Origin: a virus
Lineage: Duplodnaviria; Caudoviricetes
DNA: 64,000 nucleotides
Virus record (IMG/VR): IMGVR_UViG_3300015050_001523
Location: 224,001-288,000 of that record
Strand: one strand, 5' to 3'
Below the pieces are notes generated by a model. It saw only the letters and a list, made by a program, of their open reading frames with translations. It was not told the DNA's origin and made no database searches. Both the position numbers and the translations under genes were made by a program. Shown piece after piece: positions 18,570 to 29,421 of the stretch (position 1 is the stretch's first letter; each line of letters begins with the position of its first letter).

Positions 18570-19045
18570 TGACTGATATTAAAGAATTTGATTTTAAGAG
18601 TGTCGGAATAAAACCTGATTCACCACAACAGCCAAATGCATTTGAGTCTTTGCCTATTGGTATTAGAACGCCAATGAGACTAGGGCAAGGATCAGATGGT
18701 ATTTTTCAAATGCATTTTAATATTTCCGATCAAATAAAAGATAATTTTAGAAATCTTTTATTGACAAATCATGGAGAAAGAGTAGCTATTTATAATTTTG
18801 GAGCGAATCTAAGACAACTAACTCTTGAATTAGGTTCAGAAGAATTTGATAATGAGCTTTTATTAAGAATAAACACAGCAGTATCTAAGTTTATGCCATT
18901 TATAAATTTAGATCGACTTGAAAGGAAAATTGACAATTTAGATAATGAAGCAGTTGCTAAGATTAAAATTAAGATATTTTATAATGTTCCATCATTAGGA
19001 ATATCAAATCAAGCGATTGAACTTTCATTTTATATAGGGGGATAA
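18569..19045 (+). CDS. gp25-like baseplate wedge / sheath initiator
   Basis: QIKDNFRNLLLTNHGERV...NFGANL...INTAVSKFMPFI. Confidence 0.88.
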   Translation: MTDIKEFDFKSVGIKPDSPQQPNAFESLPIGIRTPMRLGQGSDGIFQMHFNISDQIKDNFRNLLLTNHGERVAIYNFGANLRQLTLELGSEEFDNELLLRINTAVSKFMPFINLDRLERKIDNLDNEAVAKIKIKIFYNVPSLGISNQAIELSFYIGG

Positions 19046-19046
19046 A

Positions 19047-20891
19047 GTGCCTATTGATACAAAAAAACAAATCAAACCAATCAGACAAAGAACATTCTTA
19101 AATAAAGATTTTGATTCTATGCGATCTGACTTGATTACATATACGAAAGCATTTTATCCAGATAGAATACAAGATTTCTCTGAAGCCTCTCTTGGTGGGG
19201 TATTTGTTGATTTGGCGGCACAAGTAGGAGATACAATGAGCTTTTACTTGGACCACCAATTTGGAGAGCTTTTTGTTGAGACGGCCATAGAAACAAAAAA
19301 TATTGAAAATCTTATCAGAAGGGCTGGAGTTGAAATCACAGGAAATAGTCCGGCTGTTGTAAGTTTACTATTCGCAGTAGAGGTGCCCGCAATTAAAGTT
19401 GGAACTTCATATGAACCTGATCCAAAGTCTCTTCCAAAAATATTACAAGGAACTATAGCAGCAGCTTCAAATGGTACAAGATTTGAAACTTTAGAAGATA
19501 TTGACTTTGCAGATCGAGATACTGACAATAATTTTATTGCTCAAATCGTAATAGGAAGCACTAGTGTAGATGGTTCTCCTTCTACATTGGTACTTGGAAG
19601 AACAGTAGACGCGATTTCAGGATTTTCAAAAACTGAATCATTTACCATTTCAAATACTTTTTCTCCTTTTAGAAAATTAACTCTTTCAAATGGTAATGTT
19701 ACATCAATTGGAAATATTGTTGATTCAGAAGGTAACCAATATTATAAAGTTGGTGCGTTAACGCAAGACACTGTCTTTAGAGGAATCCCAAATTTAAGAA
19801 CAGATAATGATTTGGTTGAATTGCTTTTAGAGATACTTCCTGCCCCTTATCGATTTGTAGCAGAGACAGATCTTGGAACAAGGCTAACAACACTTACATT
19901 TGGAGGAGGGAAGGCATCAAGTTTAGACAATGACATAATCCCAGATCCAAGTGAGTTTGCAATTCCATTATTTGGCAAAAGAAATTTTGATAGATTTTCC
20001 ATTGATCCAAACAATTTATTAAATACAAAAACTTTGGGAGTTGCTCCACAAGGAACTACTTTATCGATAAATTACAGATATGGTGGAGGATTGTCTCATA
20101 ATGTTTCAGCTGAAACAATTAGAACAATTTCGACATTGCTCATGGTATTTCCACGAAATCCAACACCGGCATTAGCTGCACAAATTAGAGCTACAACAGA
20201 TGTAACAAACCCAGCAGCTGCGTCAGGCGGGGAGAATGCTCCAACAATAAATGAGCTAAAAGCAAAAGTTCCTTCAGCCAGAAATGCCCAACAGAGAATA
20301 GTTTCAAAAGAAGATTTATTATCACGTGTTTATACAATGCCAAGTAGTTTTGGAAGAGTGTTTAGGGCTGGAGTGAGAAATAACCCCGCTAATCCACAAG
20401 CAGCACAACTTTTTATATTGTCAAGAGATGCAAAAAAGAATCTGGTTCAATCACCAGATAGTCTAAAAGATAATTTAGTAACTTTCTTAAATGAATTTAG
20501 AATGATAAGTGATGCAATTGATATTCTAGATGCACAAATTGTAAATATTTCTTTAGAATTTGAGATTGTAACAGATCCTCAAATGAATAAGAATATTATT
20601 GTGCAAAATATAATTTCTAATTTAAAGCAATTTTTTAAGACTGATAATTTTCAAATTGATCAGCCAATTAGAATTTCTGATGTTCAAAATAAAATATATA
20701 ACAATAATGGAGTTATTTCTGTAACTCAATTAAGGTTTAAAAATCTATCAGGAACAGTTGATGGAAGGACTTATAGCAATAATACATTTAATGTTACAAC
20801 AAATACAGTGAGAGGACTTTTGTTTCCTCCTCCTGGTGGAATGTTTGAAATAAAAAATCCAGATTTTGATATAATTGGTTCTGGTATTTAG
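19047..20891 (+). CDS. gp6-like baseplate wedge protein (baseplate J family)
   Basis: KDFDSMRSDL, DFSEASLGGVFVDL, LTFGGG, YRYGGG, ASGGENAPTINELK, QRIVSKEDL. Confidence 0.88.
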   Translation: MPIDTKKQIKPIRQRTFLNKDFDSMRSDLITYTKAFYPDRIQDFSEASLGGVFVDLAAQVGDTMSFYLDHQFGELFVETAIETKNIENLIRRAGVEITGNSPAVVSLLFAVEVPAIKVGTSYEPDPKSLPKILQGTIAAASNGTRFETLEDIDFADRDTDNNFIAQIVIGSTSVDGSPSTLVLGRTVDAISGFSKTESFTISNTFSPFRKLTLSNGNVTSIGNIVDSEGNQYYKVGALTQDTVFRGIPNLRTDNDLVELLLEILPAPYRFVAETDLGTRLTTLTFGGGKASSLDNDIIPDPSEFAIPLFGKRNFDRFSIDPNNLLNTKTLGVAPQGTTLSINYRYGGGLSHNVSAETIRTISTLLMVFPRNPTPALAAQIRATTDVTNPAAASGGENAPTINELKAKVPSARNAQQRIVSKEDLLSRVYTMPSSFGRVFRAGVRNNPANPQAAQLFILSRDAKKNLVQSPDSLKDNLVTFLNEFRMISDAIDILDAQIVNISLEFEIVTDPQMNKNIIVQNIISNLKQFFKTDNFQIDQPIRISDVQNKIYNNNGVISVTQLRFKNLSGTVDGRTYSNNTFNVTTNTVRGLLFPPPGGMFEIKNPDFDIIGSGI

Positions 20892-20926
20892 TATTTTTTC
20901 GTCAAAAGAGAGTATTGCCTTATAGG

Positions 20927-20934
20927 TATAAATA
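20927..20934 (+). promoter_or_regulatory. TATAAATA, exact T4 late-promoter consensus
   Basis: Exact match in the intergenic gap 4 nt before ATG 20939. Too close to the start to leave room for an RBS, so the transcript would be nearly leaderless. Confidence 0.3.
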
Positions 20935-20938
20935 GATT

Positions 20939-22453
20939 ATGTTTAGAAGATTAAAAGCAGATAAAGATACTATGATTACCAATAAGATTATTAATGGTAC
21001 TCGTGTTACTGATGCAAATGTTGGACAGGCAGGCACATTAGATCTTTTTAAATTGGCAGATGAGTCAAGCTTAAATGGGGTTTCTGGCTCTATTCTTGAG
21101 GTTTCTCGCCTTCTTCTTCATTTTGATTTGGATCCGCTAAGAGAATTGACTGGCTCTATTTTAGACTTTACAGATTCATCATTTAAGGCACGCCTAATTA
21201 TGAATGATGTATTTGGTGGTCAAACTCTTCCATCTAACTTTACATTAATTTCTTATCCTTTGGCAAAGTCATTCAATGAAGGAAATGGATATGACATTGG
21301 GCAATTTAGAGATATTGATTCGTCAAATTTTATTACAGCTTCAACAAATGTTACTTGGAGCATTGAAGGAGCCAATAGCTCAGGTACATTAGGAGATTCT
21401 AACATTGATATTTTTGAATATGGAAATATTGGAAATGGAATTCAAAGTTTGTTTTCAACTCAAGTTTTTTCAGATGGATCTGAAAATTTAAATTTGGATG
21501 TAACAAATGTAATTTCTGCAACATTAGCTGGGGCTATTCCTGATTATGGATTTAGAATATCTTATAGCGGAACACAAGAAACAGATGGAATTACTAGATT
21601 TGTAAAAAGATTTACTTCTAGACATGCAAATGACCCAGCATTTAGACCAAGAATTGAGGTATTTTTTAATGATTCAGTTCAAGATGATCATGGAAATTTC
21701 TTCTTTGATTTAAGTGGAACATTATTTTTGAATAATTTCCATTATGGTCAACCTGCAAACATAATTTATAATGGACAAGAAATAACAGGAGTAAATTCAT
21801 TGATACTTCAAGTTACTTCTGGCTCAGGTTCTACTTATTTTAATAAGTTTGTAACAGCTTCACAATTTTCGATTGGTGAAAACTTTCAAACAGGAATGTA
21901 TTTTGCCCAATTTGCAATTGGAACAAACGAAACAGCTTCAATAAGAAGAGAAATAGATCTTGCAAGTTCTGCAACATTTAAAGAAATATGGCAAAATATA
22001 GATGGAACTCAAGGATTTTTTACTGGCTCTTTACAAATTAAAAAAGTAACTAGAACAGCATTTGATACTGTTCCAACAAAATTAAATGTTGTAATTAGAA
22101 ATAATATTGGAAAGTATCAATCAACTGAAAAAGTAAGATTTCATATTTTTGCACAAAACCCATTAGAAACAGTTAGATATTATAAATTGCCACTACAAAG
22201 AAAAAGCTTATTATTAAAAAATATGTTTTATCAGATTAGAGATTCTAATAGTGGAAAAATTCATATACCATTTGAATCACAAAGCAATGCTACAAAGTGC
22301 AGTGTTTTTGATGATGGAATGTATTTTGATCTATATATGAGCGATTTAGAAGTTGGAAAAACATATGGAATTGAATTAAGATTTACAGATTTTGGTTCGA
22401 CTGTTGTTCTTGGAATTGACGAAGTTGGCGCAGTCTTTACGGTTATACAATAA
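20939..22453 (+). CDS. Virion structural protein with DNRLRE/CBM96-like domain
   Basis: KADKDTMI...SRLLLHFDL...ARL...YPLAKSFNEG...LDVTNVI...GF...RPRIEV pattern; located in the baseplate block. Confidence 0.55.
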   Translation: MFRRLKADKDTMITNKIINGTRVTDANVGQAGTLDLFKLADESSLNGVSGSILEVSRLLLHFDLDPLRELTGSILDFTDSSFKARLIMNDVFGGQTLPSNFTLISYPLAKSFNEGNGYDIGQFRDIDSSNFITASTNVTWSIEGANSSGTLGDSNIDIFEYGNIGNGIQSLFSTQVFSDGSENLNLDVTNVISATLAGAIPDYGFRISYSGTQETDGITRFVKRFTSRHANDPAFRPRIEVFFNDSVQDDHGNFFFDLSGTLFLNNFHYGQPANIIYNGQEITGVNSLILQVTSGSGSTYFNKFVTASQFSIGENFQTGMYFAQFAIGTNETASIRREIDLASSATFKEIWQNIDGTQGFFTGSLQIKKVTRTAFDTVPTKLNVVIRNNIGKYQSTEKVRFHIFAQNPLETVRYYKLPLQRKSLLLKNMFYQIRDSNSGKIHIPFESQSNATKCSVFDDGMYFDLYMSDLEVGKTYGIELRFTDFGSTVVLGIDEVGAVFTVIQ

Positions 22454-25400
22454 TGACACAATTTAATTCACTTAAATTTAATAATCCTGGATTGTTTCGT
22501 CCATCAGTAATTCGTGGAATTTTGGATTCTCCTGCGCCAACAGGAATGATTAATTTTAATGATGTTGCTGACAGAAACATAGGTACAAGTTCATCATTTA
22601 GGTATGATGCTCCTGGTTCTGGAATTCGTTCAACTCAACAAATAATAGTTGATTATTCTAAATTTGAAAATCATACATTTTTCCAAAGTGCAAAAACAAA
22701 TGTAAATTTATCATTTTATAAAGTAATTAATGAATTTCCATTTGATGGAACAAGAAAAGAAATTGAACAATTTTTGGATAGCTTGACTGGATTTGAAAAA
22801 TATGTTTATGACAATTTTCCAAAAAATAAAGGATACTTGTTTTTTTCTGGTTCGGGGGATAGTTCTGGAACGCATGTTGAAGTTGTTGACTTTGCAGGAA
22901 GTATATTTCCAACAATTGCCAAAAACAAAACAGGAAATAGTGTACTTAATCCAAATTTAGACTCATTTTCTTGGGAGTTCCAGCTGTATGTCCCTTCTGA
23001 AGCGAATGACGTTCAAGTTATATGCCAGAAGCACTCTGGCTCGAATCAGGGAGTGTCTCTCTTCTTGTCTGAGTCAGCAAGCACTAGCGAGTCACAAATC
23101 CTATTTACGGCAGTTTCTTCATCTGTTTATTTACAAGCATCCGCCCCTATTGAAAAAGGAAAATTCAACCATATTGTAGCAACCTTCAATAGAAGGCCAG
23201 GAATAAATCGACTTGATTTGTTTGTTGACGAAACATTAAAATCTACTTCTAGTAATTTTAGTGAGTTTGGAGAAATAGATTTTAATGTTTCTCCATTTTA
23301 TATTGGATCAGGTTCGGCTGTTTCTTTGGCAGGAAGTCTCGTAACTCCAATAACTACATTTTCTGGAGCTATGGACGAATTCCGTTTCTTTCATAATATT
23401 CGAACAATTGAAGATCAAAAGAAATTTGCAAAAAAGGGAATATATCAAACAGAAGATCTTGTTCTTTATTTTAAATTCAATGAACCTTCAGGTTCTTTCG
23501 CTGCCGCTGGAGATACTCAAACAGAGAGGATTGTATTAGATTATTCTGGTAATTCTTTACATGGATTAATTAATGAAACAGGATTTTCAACAAATCTCAG
23601 AATTACTTCTTCTATAGAAAATCCAATGACATATGAAAATATGTCATTATGTCCAATATTATTTCCAAACTATCAAGAAATAATTGATTTAAATGATGAC
23701 TTATTAACATCTGCATCTTTTTATGATGTTTCAAATCCAAATTTGATAACAAAGTTAATCCCTTCTCACTATTTTCTTGAAGGCCAAGCAGAAGAAGCAC
23801 TTATTAGAGAAGATGGAACAATTGTAGACCCCATAACAGGCGAAACAATTCCTGGAACTGCAAATGTAGGTCAGGCACAAATAATTCAAACTATGCTTTA
23901 TATTTGGGCCAAATTTTTCGATGAACAAAAAATTGTTCTTGATAATTTTGGGAAGGTATTAAATGTTACTTATGATGGAGAAAATGCGGCTCCTGATCAA
24001 GTATTGCCAAAAATTGCAGAATTTTTTGGTGTTACATTACCAAATCTTTTTAATGGTTCTTCAGTTGAACAATTTATTAATGCAGAAAATTTATCTTTTG
24101 ACTATTCTACTGGAGAGATTTCTTTAAAAGATATTCAAAATCAAATATGGAGAAGAATTCTTGTAAATTTAAAAGATATTATTCAAAGTAAAGGAACTCT
24201 TCATAGTGTAAAGTCATTTATTCGGGCATTGGGAATTGATCCTGATTCTAATTTTAGAATCAGAGAGTATGGTGGCCCAACTAGAAAAAATCTTTCAAAT
24301 CAAAGAGAAATTAGATCTGAAGTATCAACAATGATTGATATGAGCGGAACAAATTCTTTGATTTCGTCTCAAATATTAAGTGGAAGTAGAACCGAAATAG
24401 GATTTCCAAATATTGATGGAACATTTGTAAACAAAAATTCTTATTCTCCTCATGGAATTTCTAATGACATTTCTGATGGATATTTGACATCTGGTTCTTT
24501 TACTTATGAGGCAATCTATAAATATCCAAAAAATAGAAAAGTAGATGGAATTCAAAGTCTTGCAAGAATTCATATTCAAACAGGATCGATTCAAATGTTT
24601 GATAATGGAGAATCCGCTGTTTCATTAAATATGGTAGCAGTTTCAGGTTCTGAACCACAAGTTAAGTTATATGCTCGTCCTGGAATGAACAGTTCAATAA
24701 CTGATTCTCCATTCTTAACAATGAGCATTAATGCAGATATTTTTGATGGAAATCATTGGAATGTTTCTTTCGGAAGATTTAGAGCAGATGATCCTTCTGA
24801 TTATTTGATCGAAAGTGAAAATTTGGTAAAATCATATAATTCTTCTTCATATTTTCTTAGAGCAGCCAGAGCCGCTAGGGGAAATATTGTAGAACAATTT
24901 ATAACTCAATCATTTTTTCAAGAAGCCAATAATAAAGATGACGATTCATTTTGTAATAATTCTTCTACATTAAATGCTTCTGGTTCTTTTATAATGATTG
25001 GCTCTCAAAGTTTAAATACAGGAACTGGTTCATTATTTGGTTATTTAAATTCAACAGATACTATAACAGATACAGATTCACGAGAAACAAACTTTAATGG
25101 ACTTATTTCTCAAATTAGATTTTGGAGTAAAGGACTTTTAGAAGATGAATGGAGAGAGCATGTTAGAAACTTCAAAAGTCTTGGAGTTACAGTTCCAAGT
25201 TCTAATTTTAACTTTGAAACAATTGCAACAGGTTCTTGGAATAGGCTAAGAATTGATGCATCTACAGATCAGATGACAACTAGCTCAAATGGGTCTGGAG
25301 AAATTAGCATATTTGATTTTTCACAGAATTCATATCATTTAAGTGGTTCTGGGTTCGAATTAGATTCTTTAATAATTAAGCCAGAAACATTCTTTTCAAG

Positions 25401-25971
25401 CTATATTTCTCCTAAATTTGATCAGGCTAGCACTTCAAATAAAGTAAGGGCTAGATCATATCAAGATTATAATCTTGCGAAAGAAAGAAATGCTAAATTT
25501 GGCATCGTAAATCAAATAGATTTAAATGAAGAACCATCAGATGATGTTAGATTTACAATTGATTTTAGTATTATCGACTCTCTAGATCAGGATATCATTA
25601 ATATATTTTCAACCTTAGAAGAGTTAGATAATATTCTTGGAAGTCCTGAATTGATGTTTGCTCCTGATTACCCAGGACTTGCAAATATGAGAAAAATTTA
25701 TTTCAATAGACTTACAGAAAAGATAAAACTCAAATCTTTCTTTGAGTTTTTTAAATGGTTTGATAGAAGTATTGGAGATTTTATATCTGCACTTTTACCT
25801 AGAAAAACTAAATTTAGGGGAGTCAATTTTATAATTGAGTCTCATATGCTTGAAAGGCCGAAATTTGAAAATTTAAATATTGATCAATATTTAAGTGCAG
25901 CAACAGAAAGGAGTTCTCAAAAGGGAACAATTTTACTTCAACAAATTATTGGACAGGTTAAAAAATACTAA
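22453..25971 (+). CDS. gp7-like baseplate wedge protein with LamG/concanavalin-like domains
   Basis: KFNHIVATF...LFVD...FSGAMDEFRF (LamG); IWRRIL...KGTLHSVKSFIRALG (gp7/P2 gpI-like). Confidence 0.65.
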   Translation: MTQFNSLKFNNPGLFRPSVIRGILDSPAPTGMINFNDVADRNIGTSSSFRYDAPGSGIRSTQQIIVDYSKFENHTFFQSAKTNVNLSFYKVINEFPFDGTRKEIEQFLDSLTGFEKYVYDNFPKNKGYLFFSGSGDSSGTHVEVVDFAGSIFPTIAKNKTGNSVLNPNLDSFSWEFQLYVPSEANDVQVICQKHSGSNQGVSLFLSESASTSESQILFTAVSSSVYLQASAPIEKGKFNHIVATFNRRPGINRLDLFVDETLKSTSSNFSEFGEIDFNVSPFYIGSGSAVSLAGSLVTPITTFSGAMDEFRFFHNIRTIEDQKKFAKKGIYQTEDLVLYFKFNEPSGSFAAAGDTQTERIVLDYSGNSLHGLINETGFSTNLRITSSIENPMTYENMSLCPILFPNYQEIIDLNDDLLTSASFYDVSNPNLITKLIPSHYFLEGQAEEALIREDGTIVDPITGETIPGTANVGQAQIIQTMLYIWAKFFDEQKIVLDNFGKVLNVTYDGENAAPDQVLPKIAEFFGVTLPNLFNGSSVEQFINAENLSFDYSTGEISLKDIQNQIWRRILVNLKDIIQSKGTLHSVKSFIRALGIDPDSNFRIREYGGPTRKNLSNQREIRSEVSTMIDMSGTNSLISSQILSGSRTEIGFPNIDGTFVNKNSYSPHGISNDISDGYLTSGSFTYEAIYKYPKNRKVDGIQSLARIHIQTGSIQMFDNGESAVSLNMVAVSGSEPQVKLYARPGMNSSITDSPFLTMSINADIFDGNHWNVSFGRFRADDPSDYLIESENLVKSYNSSSYFLRAARAARGNIVEQFITQSFFQEANNKDDDSFCNNSSTLNASGSFIMIGSQSLNTGTGSLFGYLNSTDTITDTDSRETNFNGLISQIRFWSKGLLEDEWREHVRNFKSLGVTVPSSNFNFETIATGSWNRLRIDASTDQMTTSSNGSGEISIFDFSQNSYHLSGSGFELDSLIIKPETFFSSYISPKFDQASTSNKVRARSYQDYNLAKERNAKFGIVNQIDLNEEPSDDVRFTIDFSIIDSLDQDIINIFSTLEELDNILGSPELMFAPDYPGLANMRKIYFNRLTEKIKLKSFFEFFKWFDRSIGDFISALLPRKTKFRGVNFIIESHMLERPKFENLNIDQYLSAATERSSQKGTILLQQIIGQVKKY

Positions 25972-26768
25972 TGTCATTTTATAATTTATATAGCCCATTT
26001 GTCGAGGCTCCAACAATAAGAACAACGCAACCACCAGCCTTTAGTGGAATTTCTATTGATATGAGCACAGCTCAGGGTATTTCATTTAGAAATCCGCTAT
26101 TAAGACAAGTTACTATTTTACCTCAGATTAATAGCGGAAGAACTGATTTTGTTGTTGATTGTTTTAATTTTGGATTTGATACTCCAAATGATTCAACTAA
26201 GCCTTTTTCTGACCAAGAGAATTGGACTGCTGAAAAATATCTTCAAGATCCAAGCCAATTTAGTTCTCCATTATATCTTGGTGATTATTTGCCAAATAAT
26301 GGAGCGTTAGAGCCTTTAACAATTCGAGACGTAGCATCAAGAAAAGTAATTAATAGTCCTCATAGAATTAGAGGGAATATTTGTGGAGGAAATGAAGATT
26401 CTTTTGATGGTTCTGATGTGGTTGTGTCTCATATTTTATATAAAAAGAATACTGATTTTGTTCCTTACAAAGATTCGGCAAGCTCTATTGGATTAACTGT
26501 TTTATTGGGAACAGTTTTAGATCCTAAAAATGATAAAATTGAGCCATTTAGTGACGATGATTTAAATTCAAAAAGAAGATTTTTATCAGAAATTTCCAAT
26601 AACTCTAACCTTTCTGCGCTTTTTGATGGATTATTAGACATGACAGGTTCTACTGATGACGATTTTAGGCCATTAAACTCAAAGGCTTCTACTTCTGGCT
26701 TTATATATAAAAGTTATGGAATAAATCTTGGAACAGATAGCTTGGCATTTGGAGGGCTTTTTAAATAA
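25971..26768 (+). CDS. Hypothetical virion protein
   Basis: TAATG-coupled on both sides within the structural block. Confidence 0.6.
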   Translation: MSFYNLYSPFVEAPTIRTTQPPAFSGISIDMSTAQGISFRNPLLRQVTILPQINSGRTDFVVDCFNFGFDTPNDSTKPFSDQENWTAEKYLQDPSQFSSPLYLGDYLPNNGALEPLTIRDVASRKVINSPHRIRGNICGGNEDSFDGSDVVVSHILYKKNTDFVPYKDSASSIGLTVLLGTVLDPKNDKIEPFSDDDLNSKRRFLSEISNNSNLSALFDGLLDMTGSTDDDFRPLNSKASTSGFIYKSYGINLGTDSLAFGGLFK

Positions 26769-29356
26769 TGAGTACGACAATTGGTGGACTTCCTCCTCGT
26801 GTATCTATAAGGCAGACAGATTCATTAACTGGTTCTTATCCTTCTATTGCTAGAACAGGTGATGATAGTAGGACGGGAGCATATTCCGTATATTATAACG
26901 ATAATAACACAATAAATTTTACAACAACTTTGCATGAGAACTCCATGTCGGCGATTCCTGGTGAATCAATAACTCCATTTAATGAAAGTTTTAGACCGGA
27001 ACAAAGTAATGAAATTTCATTTTATAATACAGGTTCTTCCGAATTAGAAACTTCATTAGGATTTTCAACAAAACTTTCATCAAAAACTCAAATTAAATTT
27101 TCTTTAAATGTAGATTCTTTATCAATAATGAATGCAGAATCTGCTTCAATAATGTATTATAATAAAGATACAAAAACATTTAATTTAGTAGGTGGCAGTG
27201 ATGCAATGACCAATCCTTTCGCACCTTATCTTAAGGCAGGTTTAGGCCGAGATTCCAAACTTTTTAATGCAATTGGATTCCCATTGATGAGTGGCTCATC
27301 TGGTGCTCTTTCTGCATCATCACCATTTCATGGACAAAATCCTGGACAGTCTGGAAGATTTGATGAAATTTACAATTACATTCAAGAAGGTTCCGTAACA
27401 TTAAATCAAAATTTTGAAGCAACAAGTTCTCAATTAATCTCATTATCTCAAATAATAAAACATCCATTTTTATTAGAGAAGGCAGTTATAGAAATGAATG
27501 TCTCTTCATCAAATGGATGGTTTGACGATATTACAAGATGTAATTTCTCTGGTAGCGTATTCTTTTCTGATATGGGAGGCCCAGGAGTAACAATTAGTTT
27601 ATTAAATCAAATTCAAGACAATAAAAGAGAAATTATTCTAAGTTCTACTATTATTCCGATAGGAGACACAGGATCATTCCCCTACTATATGGCAAATGGA
27701 GACAGGTGGAACCCAGCAGGATTTGGAAGTTTTGCTACACCTGGAGCTATTGTTAGTAACTCTGGAATCGAAAAAGTTCAAATAACAGCTAATGCAGCAA
27801 ATACTAATGGATTTTTACTTTTGGGAGATTATGATTTAAATAATTCATTTATTTCAGAAGTAAAGCCATTTGGAAGATCGTTGAATTCAAAAGAAGTAAG
27901 CGCAAGAAGTTACTTTGGGAAAGAATATCAAGTAAGCAATATCAATTCTTTGATAAATCTTAGAGATTTTATAAGATATGAAATTGATGATTTTTCAACG
28001 CAAGTTGCAAAGCCCGTTACAGCAATTTTACAATTTGAAAAACAGTCATATTCTCCATATCTTTTGTTTCCTGAAGATAATTTAATTTTTGCAGTTTCAA
28101 AACATAGGCCAATTATTGAGGATCTTGCAGATTCAGCGAGAGGACTTACAGGTAGTCATGAATTTGGAATTCCTTCAGGAGTTATAAATATAACATTATA
28201 TGGTTCTCTCATAAGATCAGAAAAAGAATTTCATGATACATTGAATCAAAATTTGACTTCTAATTCTGTATATGAAAATATACAATCTTCCGTTGTTGAT
28301 CAATTTGATATTCAACCACAGAATTTATTTATTGGTTCTTATATATCAGAATTTTTTACTGGATCCATGTTGATATCTGGAACCTATAATACATCTTCTT
28401 ATTATGGAAATGGATATGTCGATGCTCGTCGCGGAGTAAGATCCTCTGTTATTGGAGTTTCTAACTCAATAACTGATGTTTTTCCAACAGTCGATTTTTT
28501 CACATCAATTCCTGGATTCAATAGAAATATTCAAATTTTTAGCGAAGAAGAGAGATATTATGACACAATTCTTCCAAGAATTGATCAAATTTCTAAAATT
28601 GAGGGAGCTGATATTGCAAACGACTTTGGTAACGATGGTAAAAATTATTACCTTCTTGGAAATGGAAATAATGCATTTGTTACTTGGCTAAAGTCTTGGA
28701 ACTCATTATTTTTATTTGAGCCAAGATTCTCATCTGTTTCAAGAACTATAAGCCCATTTTCAAATGTTTTTTCAAATAAAAAATTGTCAGATGGAACTGC
28801 TTTTATTAAGGCATCAAGCGATGCTGGAGTGCTTCGCGCACATAGTATTGGAAACGGCCCGATATACACTCCAGGTACTGATTGGAAATTTCAGGGAGTA
28901 TTTATTGACGTAAATCTTGAATTAAGATCTGTACCAAATGATAAATTAGCTAAAAATATTTATGGAATTGGAGATGGGCAATTTGGAGAGCCAGTTTTTA
29001 TATCTAGAGATAAGATTACTGGAGAGTATGTTTTTGATAGCCAAGTAAGAGGATTTAAGTATGGTTTATTAAATACGAATAAAGAAATGAGAAAATGGCA
29101 TTTTCGAAGAGATAGATTTGGACAATTTAGAGATATGCTTGAGCAAGCAAGAGATTCAAAAATGTTTCTTCAGCCAAATTCAACAACTATTCCATCTCCT
29201 GTAAAAATTAGATTTGTTGGAGCTAATAATTCAACAACTTCTGGAGAGGAAACATTTTCAAACAATCTTTCATTAGCAGCAACTTCTTCATTACCATATT
29301 TTGATGGTGAGGCAAGAAGTCGTGGAGATCTTCCTGATATTGATTTAGTTCCATAG
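26768..29356 (+). CDS. Large hypothetical virion structural protein
   Basis: 862 aa, S/G/N-rich, beta-type composition, coupled to neighbours. Confidence 0.6.
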   Translation: MSTTIGGLPPRVSIRQTDSLTGSYPSIARTGDDSRTGAYSVYYNDNNTINFTTTLHENSMSAIPGESITPFNESFRPEQSNEISFYNTGSSELETSLGFSTKLSSKTQIKFSLNVDSLSIMNAESASIMYYNKDTKTFNLVGGSDAMTNPFAPYLKAGLGRDSKLFNAIGFPLMSGSSGALSASSPFHGQNPGQSGRFDEIYNYIQEGSVTLNQNFEATSSQLISLSQIIKHPFLLEKAVIEMNVSSSNGWFDDITRCNFSGSVFFSDMGGPGVTISLLNQIQDNKREIILSSTIIPIGDTGSFPYYMANGDRWNPAGFGSFATPGAIVSNSGIEKVQITANAANTNGFLLLGDYDLNNSFISEVKPFGRSLNSKEVSARSYFGKEYQVSNINSLINLRDFIRYEIDDFSTQVAKPVTAILQFEKQSYSPYLLFPEDNLIFAVSKHRPIIEDLADSARGLTGSHEFGIPSGVINITLYGSLIRSEKEFHDTLNQNLTSNSVYENIQSSVVDQFDIQPQNLFIGSYISEFFTGSMLISGTYNTSSYYGNGYVDARRGVRSSVIGVSNSITDVFPTVDFFTSIPGFNRNIQIFSEEERYYDTILPRIDQISKIEGADIANDFGNDGKNYYLLGNGNNAFVTWLKSWNSLFLFEPRFSSVSRTISPFSNVFSNKKLSDGTAFIKASSDAGVLRAHSIGNGPIYTPGTDWKFQGVFIDVNLELRSVPNDKLAKNIYGIGDGQFGEPVFISRDKITGEYVFDSQVRGFKYGLLNTNKEMRKWHFRRDRFGQFRDMLEQARDSKMFLQPNSTTIPSPVKIRFVGANNSTTSGEETFSNNLSLAATSSLPYFDGEARSRGDLPDIDLVP

Positions 29357-29421
29357 AATTAATCACTTATTTTTAGATCAGACTATTTATCTAGAATTAA
29401 TATAGGATACTTTAAAAATAA